This document shows positions 13,612 to 25,889 of a stretch of 64,000 nucleotides of DNA, piece after piece. The stretch covers positions 1,450-65,449 of the forward strand of contig JAYOFE010000003.1 in NCBI GenBank assembly GCA_038117045.1, given 5' to 3'. Each line of letters starts with the position of its first letter. Within the stretch, counting starts at the first letter, position 1. Source of the DNA: Alphaproteobacteria bacterium. Lineage in GTDB: Bacteria; Pseudomonadota; Alphaproteobacteria; UBA6615. Made by a program: the position numbers and the translations under genes. The notes below the pieces were generated by a model. The model had not been told where the DNA came from, did no database searches, and saw only the letters and a program-made list of their open reading frames with translations.

Positions 13612-14451
13612 ATGCACGCAAAAGCACTCGCGCCGGTCGCTGCCGGCGTCGCGCTTCTTGTCATGCAAGGTACGGCGATCGCCGAAACCCCGCTCGAGCG
13701 CGGGACCTACCTGATGAACGCCGTTGTGGCCTGTGGCAACTGCCACACGCCCAAGGGGCCGACCGGCGACATTCCCGGCATGGAACTGGCCGGCATGTCG
13801 CCCATGGAAAAGACGCCCGGCTTCGACGCCAATGCTCCGAACATCACGCCTGACCCGGACACGGGTATCGGCAAGTGGACGGACGAGCAGATCATCACCG
13901 CCATTCGCGAAGGCAAGCGGCCGGACGGCACAATCATCGGCCCGCCGATGCCGATCGGCCTGTATCGCGGCATGTCGGATGACGACGTCAAGGCAATCGT
14001 CGCCTATATGCGCCAGGTGCCCGCGGTAAAAAACGAGATTCCGAAATCGGTCTACCGCATGCCGCTGCCGCCGTCCTACGGCCCGCCGGTCGGCACCGTG
14101 GAAGCGCCGTCGCCGGACGACAAGGTTGCATATGGCGCCTATCTCGCCGGGCCACTTGCCCATTGCACGGAATGCCATTCGCTGACCGCGAAGGGCCCCG
14201 ACTTCGAGAACAATCTCGGCGGCGGCGGCTATGAGTTCCACGGTCCGTGGGGCGTCAGCGTGGCGGCCAACATCACGCCGACCGGTATCGGCGACAAGAG
14301 CGACGACGAGCTCAAGACCATGATCTCCGCCGGTCTTCGTCCCGACGGTGCGAAGATGATGCCGCCGATGGGCTATCCCTACTACGCGAACATGAAGCCC
14401 GCCGATCTCGACGCCATCGTCGCGTATCTGCGCACGCTGCCGCCGAAGTAA
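13612..14451 (+). CDS. Periplasmic dihaem c-type cytochrome
   Basis: Signal peptide; CGNCH and CTECH; internally duplicated (NITPD..TGIG..D..I..G.RPDG twice). Confidence 0.9.
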   Translation: MHAKALAPVAAGVALLVMQGTAIAETPLERGTYLMNAVVACGNCHTPKGPTGDIPGMELAGMSPMEKTPGFDANAPNITPDPDTGIGKWTDEQIITAIREGKRPDGTIIGPPMPIGLYRGMSDDDVKAIVAYMRQVPAVKNEIPKSVYRMPLPPSYGPPVGTVEAPSPDDKVAYGAYLAGPLAHCTECHSLTAKGPDFENNLGGGGYEFHGPWGVSVAANITPTGIGDKSDDELKTMISAGLRPDGAKMMPPMGYPYYANMKPADLDAIVAYLRTLPPK

Positions 14452-14452
14452 G

Positions 14453-15196
14453 ATGGCTGAACGCGAATTCAACGTCACAACTCCGGACGGGACCATGCCG
14501 TGCTTCGCGGCATGGCCCGATCCGGGCCAGCATGGCGACGGCCCCTACCCGGTCGTCATCATGTACATGGATGCACCGGGTATCCGCGAGGAACTGCGTG
14601 ACTTCGCGCGGCGCATCGCCGGCCAGGGCTACTACGCCGTGCTGCCGGACCTTTACTACCGGCTGGGCCTTCATCGCTTCAATCTCGCCAAGCGCACCGA
14701 GAAGATGACCGAGATGATCTTCGCGGCGTGGCACAGCCTGACCAACGACGGCGTCGCATCCGACACCGCAGCGCTGATGGAAGAGCTTGGCAACGACGAT
14801 GCGGCGTCCGACGGCCCGATGGGCTGTGTCGGCTACTGCATGTCCGGTGCCTTCGTGACCACCGTTGCGGCGAAGTTCCCGGACCGCTTCGCCGCCAATG
14901 TCTCGCTGTATGGCGTCTACATCATCACCGAGCATGCCGACTCGCCCCACCTGCTGATCCCGCAGATCGAGGGCGAGATGTACTACGCCTTCGCCGAGCA
15001 TGACCGCTGGGTTCCCCTGGAACTGGTGGACCAGCTTCGCGAGACGCTCGACGCGAACGGCGTGACCCACGAGACGGAGGTGTTCCCCACCACGGAGCAC
15101 GGCTTTGCCTTCCCCCAGCGCGACGTCTATCACGAGCCGTCGGCCGAGATCGTCTGGGACAAGATGTTCAAGCTTTACGCGCGGGTGCTGGGCTAG
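14453..15196 (+). CDS. Dienelactone hydrolase family protein
   Basis: GYCMSG nucleophile elbow, PDLYYR, EHGFAF. Confidence 0.9.
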   Translation: MAEREFNVTTPDGTMPCFAAWPDPGQHGDGPYPVVIMYMDAPGIREELRDFARRIAGQGYYAVLPDLYYRLGLHRFNLAKRTEKMTEMIFAAWHSLTNDGVASDTAALMEELGNDDAASDGPMGCVGYCMSGAFVTTVAAKFPDRFAANVSLYGVYIITEHADSPHLLIPQIEGEMYYAFAEHDRWVPLELVDQLRETLDANGVTHETEVFPTTEHGFAFPQRDVYHEPSAEIVWDKMFKLYARVLG

Positions 15197-15286
15197 GCCA
15201 AATCCCGGTTATCCACCTTGCACTCCCCGCACGCGCTTGGGACACTTCGGCAACATCCGAATCCGTTCCCCCGGGGAGAATTTGCC

Positions 15287-16396
<1,110 letters not shown>

Positions 16397-16432
16397 CCCC
16401 CCATTCAATGATTGGGGTTAAAACTGTCGTGA

Positions 16433-17491
<1,059 letters not shown>

Positions 17492-17548
17492 CGTGGCCGC
17501 CGGCGAAGACCGGCAGCACCGCGCACATATCGGGGGGACGGCTAGGAC

Positions 17549-18448
17549 ATGGCCATGGATTGGGACAAGCTGAGGATTTTCCATGCCGTCGCGGATGCGG
17601 GCAGCTTCACCCATGCGGGTGAGGCGCTGCATCTGAGCCAGTCCGCCGTGAGCCGGCAGATCAGCTCGCTGGAGGACAGCCTCGGCGTGCGCCTCTTCCA
17701 CCGCCATGCCCGCGGCCTGATCCTAACCGAACAGGGAGAGCTCCTCTACCGGACTGTCCACGATGTCTTCGCCAAGCTGACCATGGTGGAAGCCCGGCTC
17801 ACGGATTCCCACGAGCAGCCGCAGGGCCCGCTGAAGATCGCGACCACGGTCGGCCTGGGCTCGCTCTGGCTGACGCCGCGCATCCGTGAATTCATCGAGC
17901 TCTATCCCGATATCGAGGTCACGGTGATCACCTCGGACGAGGAACTCGACGTATCCATGCGTGAGGCCGACTGCGCGATCCGGCTCACCCAGCCGACCCA
18001 GGGTGACCTGATCCAGCGCCGGCTGACGCGGGTGCAAACCCATGTCTTCGCTTCGCCCGAGTACATCAAGGTCAAGGGCATGCCCGACAAGGTGCGCGAC
18101 CTCGCGCATCACAGCATCATCGCCTATGACGAGGAACGCGCCATGGCGGCGCCCAACCTCAACTGGCTGCTGAACGCGATCCGCGACGCGACCAACGAGG
18201 AGCCGCACAAGATCCTGATCCTGAACAATCTCTACGGGATCTTCTGCGCGGTCGAGGCAGGCGTCGGCATTGCGGGCCTGCCGGACTTCCTGGCACGCGA
18301 GGCAAAGAACCTCGTGCGCGTGCTGCCGGAGCTCGAAGGGCCGGGCAACGACGCCTACTTTGTCTATCCCGAGGAACTGCGGAATTCGCAGAGGATCCAG
18401 GTGTTTCGTGATTTCCTGTTGCGTAAGGTGGCCGAAACACGGTTCTGA
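17549..18448 (+). CDS. LysR family regulator, LsrB/VtlR-like
   Basis: MDWDKLRIFHAVADAGSFTHA...LFHRHARGLILTEQGE N-terminus; position directly after trxB matches lsrB/vtlR. Confidence 0.9.
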   Translation: MAMDWDKLRIFHAVADAGSFTHAGEALHLSQSAVSRQISSLEDSLGVRLFHRHARGLILTEQGELLYRTVHDVFAKLTMVEARLTDSHEQPQGPLKIATTVGLGSLWLTPRIREFIELYPDIEVTVITSDEELDVSMREADCAIRLTQPTQGDLIQRRLTRVQTHVFASPEYIKVKGMPDKVRDLAHHSIIAYDEERAMAAPNLNWLLNAIRDATNEEPHKILILNNLYGIFCAVEAGVGIAGLPDFLAREAKNLVRVLPELEGPGNDAYFVYPEELRNSQRIQVFRDFLLRKVAETRF

Positions 18449-18486
18449 CCCGGGATTTTCAGGGCGATTGCGTTCAAACCATGATG

Positions 18487-18509
18487 AGACATGCAATTAC
18501 CGCATGTCT
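18487..18509. promoter_or_regulatory. LysR-type binding site upstream of the sRNA
   Basis: AGACATGC-N7-GCATGTCT dyad containing T-N11-A. Confidence 0.65.
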
Positions 18510-18563
18510 GGTTAACGCTTTGGTGCCCTCCTCCTGAGCAGTTGCACACACTATCTAGGAATC

Positions 18564-18710
18564 ACCACGGTGTTTACGTGCACCGCGCCGTACCGGCTCC
18601 CTCCCATGCCGCCGAACGGCGAGAGACCGCCGAACACGGTCTCGGCGTCTTCTGAGACGCAAGCCTCCCTGTTCACCTGCCGGGCCCCTTCGGGGTCCGG
18701 CTAATTTTTT
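18564..18710 (+). ncRNA. Putative AbcR-like small RNA (5' end estimated)
   Basis: Four consecutive hairpins; UCCCUCCCAU loop (CUCCCA at 18601-18606); single-stranded CCUCCCUGUU; terminator hairpin 18679-18701 followed by TAATTTTTT; trxB-LysR-sRNA order. Confidence 0.7.
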
Positions 18711-18725
18711 GTGAGCACAAAAAAC

Positions 18726-18745
18726 AGGCGGGCCGCAGCCCGCCT
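18726..18745 (-). terminator. Rho-independent terminator of msrP
   Basis: AGGCGGGC-CGCA-GCCCGCCT with T-runs on both strands. Confidence 0.7.
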
Positions 18746-18772
18746 TTTGGTTGTATTTGTTCGTCTCGCGAA

Positions 18773-19756
18773 CTACCGGAAATAAATTTCCCCTGCGTCT
18801 GGGGGATACATGCCCGCAACAAACTCCCCATAACCGTTGAAAAGCCGTGTCGGCACGCGGTCGTCGCGCGATCCGCCGAGCAGCCATTCGCTTGCCTGGC
18901 TCCAGCGCGGGTGCGGCACCTCGGGGTTCACATTCGCCCAGAACCCGTACTCCGAAGACTGCAGGCTTTCCCAGAAGGTCTTGGGTTTCTGGTCGGTAAA
19001 GGAGAAGCGGATGATCGACTTGACCGACTTGAAGCCGTACTTCCACGGTACCGCCAGGCGCAGCGGCGCCCCGTTCTGCTTCGGCACCGGCTTGCCGTAG
19101 AGGCCGGTGACCATGAAGGCGAGGTCGTTGGTCGCCTCCTCGATGGTGAGGCCTTCGGTGTAGGGCCAAGGATACCAGAACTGTCGCAGGCCCGGCATCT
19201 GGGCCTTGTCCTCGGCGATGGTCTCCATCTGCAGGTACTTCGCGCTCGACAGCGGCTTGGCCAGCTCCACGAGCTGGCGCAGGGGAAAGCCCGACCACGG
19301 CACGGTCATCGCCCAGGCCTCGACGCAGCGGTGTCTGTAGACGCGTTCTTCCAGCGTGACCTTCTTCAGCAGGTCGTCGATGCCGATCTCGAACGGCTTC
19401 TCGACCATGCCGTCGATCTTGATGTTCCAGGGCCGGATCTCGAGGCGCTGGGCCGCCTTGGAGATCTGCTTGTGGGAACCGAACTCGTAATAGTTGTTGA
19501 AGGTGGTGGCCTCCTGCGGCTCGGTCAGCGCCCGCTCGACCGTGTACTTGTCGTTGCGCGGCACCGGATACAGGCCTGCCGTAGGGTCTTCACCGACCGC
19601 CGCAAGGGCCTCGGCAGCCGGAAGGACACTCGCAGTCGCGGCGATCGCGGGCGCAATGCCGAGCGCCTTCACGATGTCGCGCCGGCGCAAATAGATATCC
19701 TCGGGTGTCACGGCGCTCTCGGGAATTTCCCAGCCGCGTTTGACCTTCACCAGCAT
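18773..19756 (-). CDS. msrP: Protein-methionine-sulfoxide reductase catalytic subunit MsrP
   Basis: Tat-like RRRDIVK, FNNYYEFG, HRCVEAW, QNGAPLRLAVPWKYGFKS, YGFWANVNP..HPRWSQA. Confidence 0.94.
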   Translation of the reverse strand: MLVKVKRGWEIPESAVTPEDIYLRRRDIVKALGIAPAIAATASVLPAAEALAAVGEDPTAGLYPVPRNDKYTVERALTEPQEATTFNNYYEFGSHKQISKAAQRLEIRPWNIKIDGMVEKPFEIGIDDLLKKVTLEERVYRHRCVEAWAMTVPWSGFPLRQLVELAKPLSSAKYLQMETIAEDKAQMPGLRQFWYPWPYTEGLTIEEATNDLAFMVTGLYGKPVPKQNGAPLRLAVPWKYGFKSVKSIIRFSFTDQKPKTFWESLQSSEYGFWANVNPEVPHPRWSQASEWLLGGSRDDRVPTRLFNGYGEFVAGMYPPDAGEIYFR

Positions 19757-19916
19757 CACGTTCTCCGTTCGTCGCTTGCGTGCCCCTAGGTTGGGTTCGT
19801 GCGCGCGCGATGACAAGCGAAACGCTGTTCAAACTGTTGCGATGGAATAGTTGCCGGCCCCGCGGTGTTCTTTCCCGCAGGTGGCCGGTGCGCCAGGGTG
19901 TCATCAGGCTTTGGGG

Positions 19917-21128
19917 TCAGGCTTTCTGGGGCGACAGCAGCCGTTCGACGGGCTCGTCGCGGATCGGCCAGTGCAGCACCGCCGCCATCAGGCCCAGCGC
20001 CACCGAGGCGTACCAGACGGCGTTGTAGTCCCCGGTCACATCATAGCTGAGCCCGCCCAGCCAGGAGCCGAGAAATGCCCCGATCTGGTGGCTCAGGAAC
20101 ACGAAGCCGAACAGCATGCCCAGGTGGCGCGCTCCGAAGATCTTGGCAACCACGCCGCTGGTCAGCGGCACCGTCGACAGCCACAGGATGCCGAAAACGC
20201 CCGAGAAGACCAGGATCGTCATCTCGGTCTTGGGCATCAGAAGCAGCCAGAGGATCAGGGCCGCCCGCGCCAGATAGATCAGGCTCAGCAGGTTCTTCTG
20301 CCGGAAATGGTTGCTCAGGTGCCCCGCAAGGTAGGACCCGGCGATGTTCCCCGCCCCGATCAGCAGGAAGGCATTGCCCGCCACATCCGGCGCCAGCCCG
20401 CACCATGCGACATAACCCGGCAGGTGGATGCCGATAAAGGTGATGTGGAACCCGCACACGAAGAAACCGATGGTCAGCAGGATGTAGCCGCGGTTCTTGC
20501 GCGCCTCGGCGATGGCCTGCAGCCAGTTTTGCGGGGCTTCGCTGCCGTCGTCTTCCGACTTGCCGCGCATCAGCGCGCCCATGGGGATGGAGAGCGCCAC
20601 GATCGCCACGGTGGCGAACAGCGAGACCTCCCACCCGTATCCGCCGATCAGGGCCTGGGTCACTTTAGGTAAAACGAACGGGCCCAGCGCGCCGATGGTG
20701 CTGACCATGGCGATGGCGTAGGTGCGGCGCTCCGGCACGACCATGCGCGCCACCGCGCCGTAGACCACCGACATGCCGACCCCGGCCATGCCGAGGCCGA
20801 TCAGGACACCGCTTGTGATCAGCAGCTCCGTCGGTGTGATGGCGGACGTCATGCCGATCACACCAAGCCCGTACAGAATGCCGCCGCCGATAATCACCCG
20901 GCCGGACCCGAAACGGTCGGCCAGGCCGCCGGCGATGGGCTGGGTCGCGCCCCAGATCAGGTTCTGGAGGGCCATGGCCAGCCCGAACAGTTCCCGGCTC
21001 CAGCCGATATCGACCGTCATGGGCACCAGGTACAACCCGAACCCCTGGCGAACGCCCAGCGCGATCGCCAGCAAAACGGCGCCTGCGCCCATCACCATGA
21101 GCTGTTTGCGGCTCAGAACCTGCGACAT
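19917..21128 (-). CDS. MFS transporter
   Basis: About 12 hydrophobic segments, GGLADRFGSGR motif A, GFFVCGFH; start taken at MSQVLS. Confidence 0.9.
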   Translation of the reverse strand: MSQVLSRKQLMVMGAGAVLLAIALGVRQGFGLYLVPMTVDIGWSRELFGLAMALQNLIWGATQPIAGGLADRFGSGRVIIGGGILYGLGVIGMTSAITPTELLITSGVLIGLGMAGVGMSVVYGAVARMVVPERRTYAIAMVSTIGALGPFVLPKVTQALIGGYGWEVSLFATVAIVALSIPMGALMRGKSEDDGSEAPQNWLQAIAEARKNRGYILLTIGFFVCGFHITFIGIHLPGYVAWCGLAPDVAGNAFLLIGAGNIAGSYLAGHLSNHFRQKNLLSLIYLARAALILWLLLMPKTEMTILVFSGVFGILWLSTVPLTSGVVAKIFGARHLGMLFGFVFLSHQIGAFLGSWLGGLSYDVTGDYNAVWYASVALGLMAAVLHWPIRDEPVERLLSPQKA

Positions 21129-21261
21129 GTTGAATTGTCCCCGACTTGGCTTGCGCGGATTATGCGCGCGCGACCCGGATTTGAATAGGACACGGCGTTG
21201 ACTCGCACACCCCATACCGTTCCGATGCGCGTGAAATCTAGGCCAGAACAGGGGAAAGGCT

Positions 21262-22236
21262 ATGCCCAGGGCAGTACGCATCCATGAATTCGGTGGACCG
21301 GAGAAGCTGACGGTCGAGGACACCAATATCGGTGATCCCGGCCCCGGCGAGGTACTCCTGCGCCACGAAGCCTCGGCCGTGCACTTCGCGGACGTCCTCG
21401 TGCGCGAGGGCACCTATTTTCTCAAACCCGACCTGCCATCGGGCCTCGGCCTTGAGGGCGCGGGCGTGATCGAGGCGGTCGGGGACGGTGTGACGGCGTT
21501 CCGGCCCGGCGATCGGGCCGCCTACCGCTTTAATCTCGGTGCCTACTCCGATGCCCGGATCATCGCAGCCGACCAGGTCCACGCCCTGCCCGACAACGTC
21601 GACGCCAAGACCGCCGTGGCGGGAACCGTGCGCGGGATGACGGCGCAATACCTAGTCCGCCAGGTCCGCGACATCGGCCCGTCGGACACGGTGCTGGTGC
21701 ACGCCGCCGCGGGCGGCATGGGCACGCTGCTGACCCAGTGGTGCAAGCATCTGGGCGCCACAGTCATCGGCACCGCTGGCGGGCCTGCCAAGACCGGATT
21801 TGCCCGGGCGAACGGATGCGACCATGTGATCGACTATGCGGCGGAGGACTTCGCCGCGCGTGTCATGGAGATCACCGATGGCGAGGGCGTCCCCGTCGCC
21901 TATGACGGCGTCGGCGCCGCGGTCTATGAGGGCACGGTTGCCTGCCTCGCCCCGCGCGGCTTCTACATCAACTACGGCCACGCCTCGGGGTTCCTGCCGC
22001 CGCTGGACGCGATGGAGCTGAACAGGAAATCGCTCGTTTTCACCAAGGCGTCGCTGAAGGATTTCGTCCGTGACCCCGCCGTGATGAAGGCCATGCTGGC
22101 AGAAGTGTTCGACCTGCTGGGCTCCGGCGTGCTCGACCCGGGAATCAGCGCGGAGTACGCATTGGCCGACATTGCGGACGCCCAGCGCGCTATCGCCTCG
22201 CGCGAAACGACCGGTGCCATCGTGGTAGTGCCGTAG
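21262..22236 (+). CDS. NADPH:quinone oxidoreductase (zeta-crystallin/MDR family)
   Basis: GLEGAG, HAAAGGMG, YDGVG. Confidence 0.9.
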   Translation: MPRAVRIHEFGGPEKLTVEDTNIGDPGPGEVLLRHEASAVHFADVLVREGTYFLKPDLPSGLGLEGAGVIEAVGDGVTAFRPGDRAAYRFNLGAYSDARIIAADQVHALPDNVDAKTAVAGTVRGMTAQYLVRQVRDIGPSDTVLVHAAAGGMGTLLTQWCKHLGATVIGTAGGPAKTGFARANGCDHVIDYAAEDFAARVMEITDGEGVPVAYDGVGAAVYEGTVACLAPRGFYINYGHASGFLPPLDAMELNRKSLVFTKASLKDFVRDPAVMKAMLAEVFDLLGSGVLDPGISAEYALADIADAQRAIASRETTGAIVVVP

Positions 22237-22245
22237 GCTGTCGGC

Positions 22246-22800
22246 CTAGAGTTCGCGCCCGCGCACGGCCTCTTCAAGGGACTGGATCAGTTCCGGAAGT
22301 CCCGGCAGGGCCGGGTGATATTCCAGCGCGCCCTCGAAGGCGTTGATGGCCGCCTCTCCGTTGCCGCGCAGCATCTCGATCTGGCCGAGCCCGCTCAGAG
22401 CGCCGAAATGGCGCGGCTCCAGTGCCAGTGTGCGGTCCACATCCTCGACCGATTTCTCCAGCTCGCCCTTGAAGAAATAGACCGTCGCGCGCTTGTTCCA
22501 CGCCTCGGCGTAGTCCGGCGCCAGTTCGACAAGCTCGCTGAAAATCCCGATGGCGCGGTCGAAATCGCCCTCGTTCATGGCCCGGGTGCCGTCGCGCATC
22601 ATCGCGTCATAGGCCGCATTGTCGTGGTGCATCCAGGCACGCCAGATCAGGCTTTCGGCCGCGCGCATCTCCGCGGGCGCACCGCTGGTCTTCAGGATGT
22701 CGAAGAGGCTGTCGAGGTCCGGATCGGTCTGGTCCGCGACCGCGTTCGCCGGCAGCGCCAGCGCGGCAAGGACGGACAGGATCGCAAGGGATCGTCTCAT
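22246..22800 (-). CDS. Exported tetratricopeptide repeat protein
   Basis: Signal peptide; APDYAEAWNKRAT...LALEPRHFGALSGLG TPR repeats. Confidence 0.88.
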   Translation of the reverse strand: MRRSLAILSVLAALALPANAVADQTDPDLDSLFDILKTSGAPAEMRAAESLIWRAWMHHDNAAYDAMMRDGTRAMNEGDFDRAIGIFSELVELAPDYAEAWNKRATVYFFKGELEKSVEDVDRTLALEPRHFGALSGLGQIEMLRGNGEAAINAFEGALEYHPALPGLPELIQSLEEAVRGREL

Positions 22801-22954
22801 GGCGGAATTATGGGCGCGCCCGGGCCCGGATTCCAACCCCGTCATCGCCCCGCGCACAAAGTTGTGAGGATTCTGCCCGGCCTGCCTTCGCCTGCGCGCC
22901 GTTTGCGTGTATGGGATACGGCATCAGACAAACGTGACACAAAGGGATTTCGCC

Positions 22955-23371
22955 ATGTCCATCCAACCCGAAGACCTGATCGGCGCCTGGCACCTCGTGG
23001 ACACCTGGGTGGACAATGCCGACGGCACGCAGACCCGCCACCAGGGTCCCACGCCCAAGGGCATCATCATGTACACCGCTGACGGGCACATGGCTGCGAT
23101 CACGCGCTGGAGCGAACGCCCCTTCCCGCAATCCGGCGCCACGGATGCCGACAAGGCCCGGATGTTCGACACATATCTCAGCTATGCGGGACGCTGGTCG
23201 CTCGACGGCAACCAGGTCACCCACCATATCGAGCACGCACTGAACGATACCTGGGTCGGCCTCGACCGGCCGCGTCAGATCGAGAAGCGTGGCGATCACA
23301 TGTACTTCACCGGCCCGGCCGGCGACGGCGGTAACGCCACCATCATCTGGCAGCGCGAACGCACGGAATAG
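22955..23371 (+). CDS. Lipocalin-like domain protein
   Basis: LIGAWHLV...PKGIIMYTADGHMAA...YLSYAGRW. Confidence 0.8.
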   Translation: MSIQPEDLIGAWHLVDTWVDNADGTQTRHQGPTPKGIIMYTADGHMAAITRWSERPFPQSGATDADKARMFDTYLSYAGRWSLDGNQVTHHIEHALNDTWVGLDRPRQIEKRGDHMYFTGPAGDGGNATIIWQRERTE

Positions 23372-23380
23372 GCAATCCGC

Positions 23381-24673
23381 CTAGGCGAGCGCGCCCGGCT
23401 TCGGACCGCCCGTCGCCCAGTCCAGCAGTTCTACGGTGTGGACCACCGGCACGCCCACGGCATCGGCCAGCTGGGTCATGCAGCCGATATTGCCGGTCGC
23501 AAGGATATCCGGCGTGGTGCGGGCGATGTTCGCCGCCTTGCGGTCACGCAGCTGCGAGGCCAGTTCAGGCTGCATCAGGTTGTAGGTGCCCGCCGACCCG
23601 CAGCACAGGTGCCCTTCGCGCGGCTCGGCCACAGAGAAACCGGCCGCCGCCAGCAGCGCCTTCGGCTGGGTCTGGATCTGCTGGCCGTGCTGCATGGAAC
23701 AGGCCGCGTGATAGGTCACGCGCAGTGATGCGGCATCCTCGAACGCCGCGATGTCCGGCGCGAGCTCGCTCAGGTACTCGCTGATATCGCGGGTCAGCGC
23801 CGACACACGGCTGGCCTTATCGGCATAGGCGCGGTCCTCACGGAACATGAAGCCGTAGTCCTTCACCTGCGTGCCGCAGCCCGACGTGTTGATGACGATG
23901 GCGTCCAGCCCCGCGCCATCGGCTTCGGCGATCCACGCATCGATATTCGCCGCGGCCTGGGCATGGCTCTGGTCCACCTTGCCCATATGGTGCACCAGCG
24001 ATCCGCAGCACCCCGCCCCGTTGGCGACCACCACCTCGACCCCAAGGCGGGTCAGCAGGCGCACGGTGGACTCGTTGATCTGGGGCGCGAGCACGGTCTG
24101 GGCGCAGCCGATCAGCAGAGCAACGCGGCCCTTTCGTTCTCCCTTGGCCGGAAAGACCTGCGGCTTGTCGGTCCAGGACGGCGCACCCAGCTGCGTGGGC
24201 GCCAGGTCCAGCATCGCGCGCAATCGGCCCGTGAACAGGCCCCGGAACGGCCGGGCCAGCATGGCAGCCGCCATCATGGCGCGGAACCGCGTCGGATACG
24301 GGATCGACCAGGCCAGAACACCGCGCAACAGGCGGTCGAGGAACGGGCGCGTGTAGGTCTCCTCGACATGCTTGCGGCCGTGGTCGACCAGGTGCTGGTA
24401 GTGCACACCAGAGGGGCAGGTCGTCATGCAGGACAGGCAGGACAGGCAGCGGTCGAGATGGGTGACCACCTCCTCGGTCGCCGGGGCGTCCGCCTCGAAC
24501 ATCTGCTTCATCAGGTAGATGCGCCCGCGCGGGCTGTCGAGTTCGTCGCCCAGGATCGTGTAGGTCGGGCAGGTCGCGGTGCAGAACCCGCAATGGACGC
24601 AGTTCCGCACGATCTCGTTGGTCGCCGCGATGTCCGGGTCGGCCAGCTGCGCAAGGGAGAAATGGGTCTGCAT
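23381..24673 (-). CDS. glcF: Glycolate oxidase iron-sulfur subunit
   Basis: CVHCGFCTATCPT, CLSCLSCMTTCPS, CCG domains. Confidence 0.95.
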   Translation of the reverse strand: MQTHFSLAQLADPDIAATNEIVRNCVHCGFCTATCPTYTILGDELDSPRGRIYLMKQMFEADAPATEEVVTHLDRCLSCLSCMTTCPSGVHYQHLVDHGRKHVEETYTRPFLDRLLRGVLAWSIPYPTRFRAMMAAAMLARPFRGLFTGRLRAMLDLAPTQLGAPSWTDKPQVFPAKGERKGRVALLIGCAQTVLAPQINESTVRLLTRLGVEVVVANGAGCCGSLVHHMGKVDQSHAQAAANIDAWIAEADGAGLDAIVINTSGCGTQVKDYGFMFREDRAYADKASRVSALTRDISEYLSELAPDIAAFEDAASLRVTYHAACSMQHGQQIQTQPKALLAAAGFSVAEPREGHLCCGSAGTYNLMQPELASQLRDRKAANIARTTPDILATGNIGCMTQLADAVGVPVVHTVELLDWATGGPKPGALA

Positions 24674-24677
24674 GGCC

Positions 24678-25880
24678 CTATACCCCTTCGTACATGCGGC
24701 CAGGATTGAGGATATGACGCGGGTCGAAGCTTTCCTTCACCCGGGTTGAAAGAGCGGCCAGCGGCGCCGGCTGCGGCTGGAAGACTGGCGTAGTCCGCCG
24801 GGTCTCCTCAGATGCGCGCACCAGCGTCGCGTGACCGCCACCGTGTTCGGCCAGCACTGCGCGTACTGCCGCTGCATCGTCCGCCTCAAACCATAGGAGC
24901 CCGCCGCCCCAGTCGATCAGCGACGGTCCGCCGATCCCGTTGGCGATGGCCTCCGCGATTCCGGCGGCAGCCGTCGGCGTGACGGAGACCCGCCACAGGG
25001 CCGCATCGCTGCCCACAAAGGGCCTGGCATCGCGCACATCGCGCCAGAGCGCGACGGATGCAACTGCATCCAGCATCGCGACCATGCCGAAGCCGGAGAG
25101 CAGTTCCTGAAGCGCCATGGAGCGTGCATCCACGGACGGGCTGAATCCCTCCACCCGGACCGCCACGGCATCGCCTGAAACACCTGACACCGCCTTCGCC
25201 AGCCCGGACGGCACATAGGCCGCGCCGGAGACTTCATGGCTGGAATTGAGCGCCGCCGTCATGGCACGCATGGCATCCACGCCGCCGAGACCGGACACCA
25301 GCACCGTCTCCACCGTCTCCGGTGCGGGCAGCACCTTGATCGTCACCTGGGTCAGTGCGGCCAGCGTCCCGAAGGAGCCGGTCAGCAACTTCGACAGGTC
25401 ATAGCCGGTCACGTTCTTCACCACGCGCCCGCCGCTCTTGACCAGTTCGCCGCGCCCGGTGACCGCCTCGATGCCGAGGATATGGTCACGCGCCGCGCCG
25501 ATCTTGACCCGCCGCGGACCCGCAAGGTTGCAACCGATGAGGCCACCCAGCGTGCCGCCGGTCTCACCGTAGAGCCCTGCGAAGGCCGGCGGCTCGAAGG
25601 CCAGCATCTGGCCCTTCTCGGCCACCGCCGCCTCGATCTCGGCGATGGGCGTGCCCGCCCATGCGGACAGGACCAGTTCCTCCGGCTCATACAGCGTGAT
25701 GCCGCTCAGCCCCGACAGGTCGACGACATGGCCGATGGTGCGGTTGCCGTCACCCATCGGGCGGCCGAAGCCGCGCTTGGACCCCGTGCCGACGATCTCG
25801 ACAGGGGTTTCCTCACCGCTCGCCCAGGCAATTGCCTCGACAACCTGCTCGGTGGTTTCAGGCCTCAGCGTCTCAACCAT
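24678..25880 (-). CDS. glcE: Glycolate oxidase FAD-binding subunit
   Basis: YEPEELV, GGRVVKNVTGYDLSKL, DWGGGL, FDPRHILNPGRM. Confidence 0.94.
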   Translation of the reverse strand: MVETLRPETTEQVVEAIAWASGEETPVEIVGTGSKRGFGRPMGDGNRTIGHVVDLSGLSGITLYEPEELVLSAWAGTPIAEIEAAVAEKGQMLAFEPPAFAGLYGETGGTLGGLIGCNLAGPRRVKIGAARDHILGIEAVTGRGELVKSGGRVVKNVTGYDLSKLLTGSFGTLAALTQVTIKVLPAPETVETVLVSGLGGVDAMRAMTAALNSSHEVSGAAYVPSGLAKAVSGVSGDAVAVRVEGFSPSVDARSMALQELLSGFGMVAMLDAVASVALWRDVRDARPFVGSDAALWRVSVTPTAAAGIAEAIANGIGGPSLIDWGGGLLWFEADDAAAVRAVLAEHGGGHATLVRASEETRRTTPVFQPQPAPLAALSTRVKESFDPRHILNPGRMYEGV

Positions 25881-25889
25881 GTCACGCAC

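Noticed and set aside
18564-18710. tRNA, riboswitch or CRISPR interpretation of the hairpin cluster
   Set aside because: No cloverleaf or TTC loop, no downstream same-strand gene to regulate, and the hairpins are not repeats of one sequence
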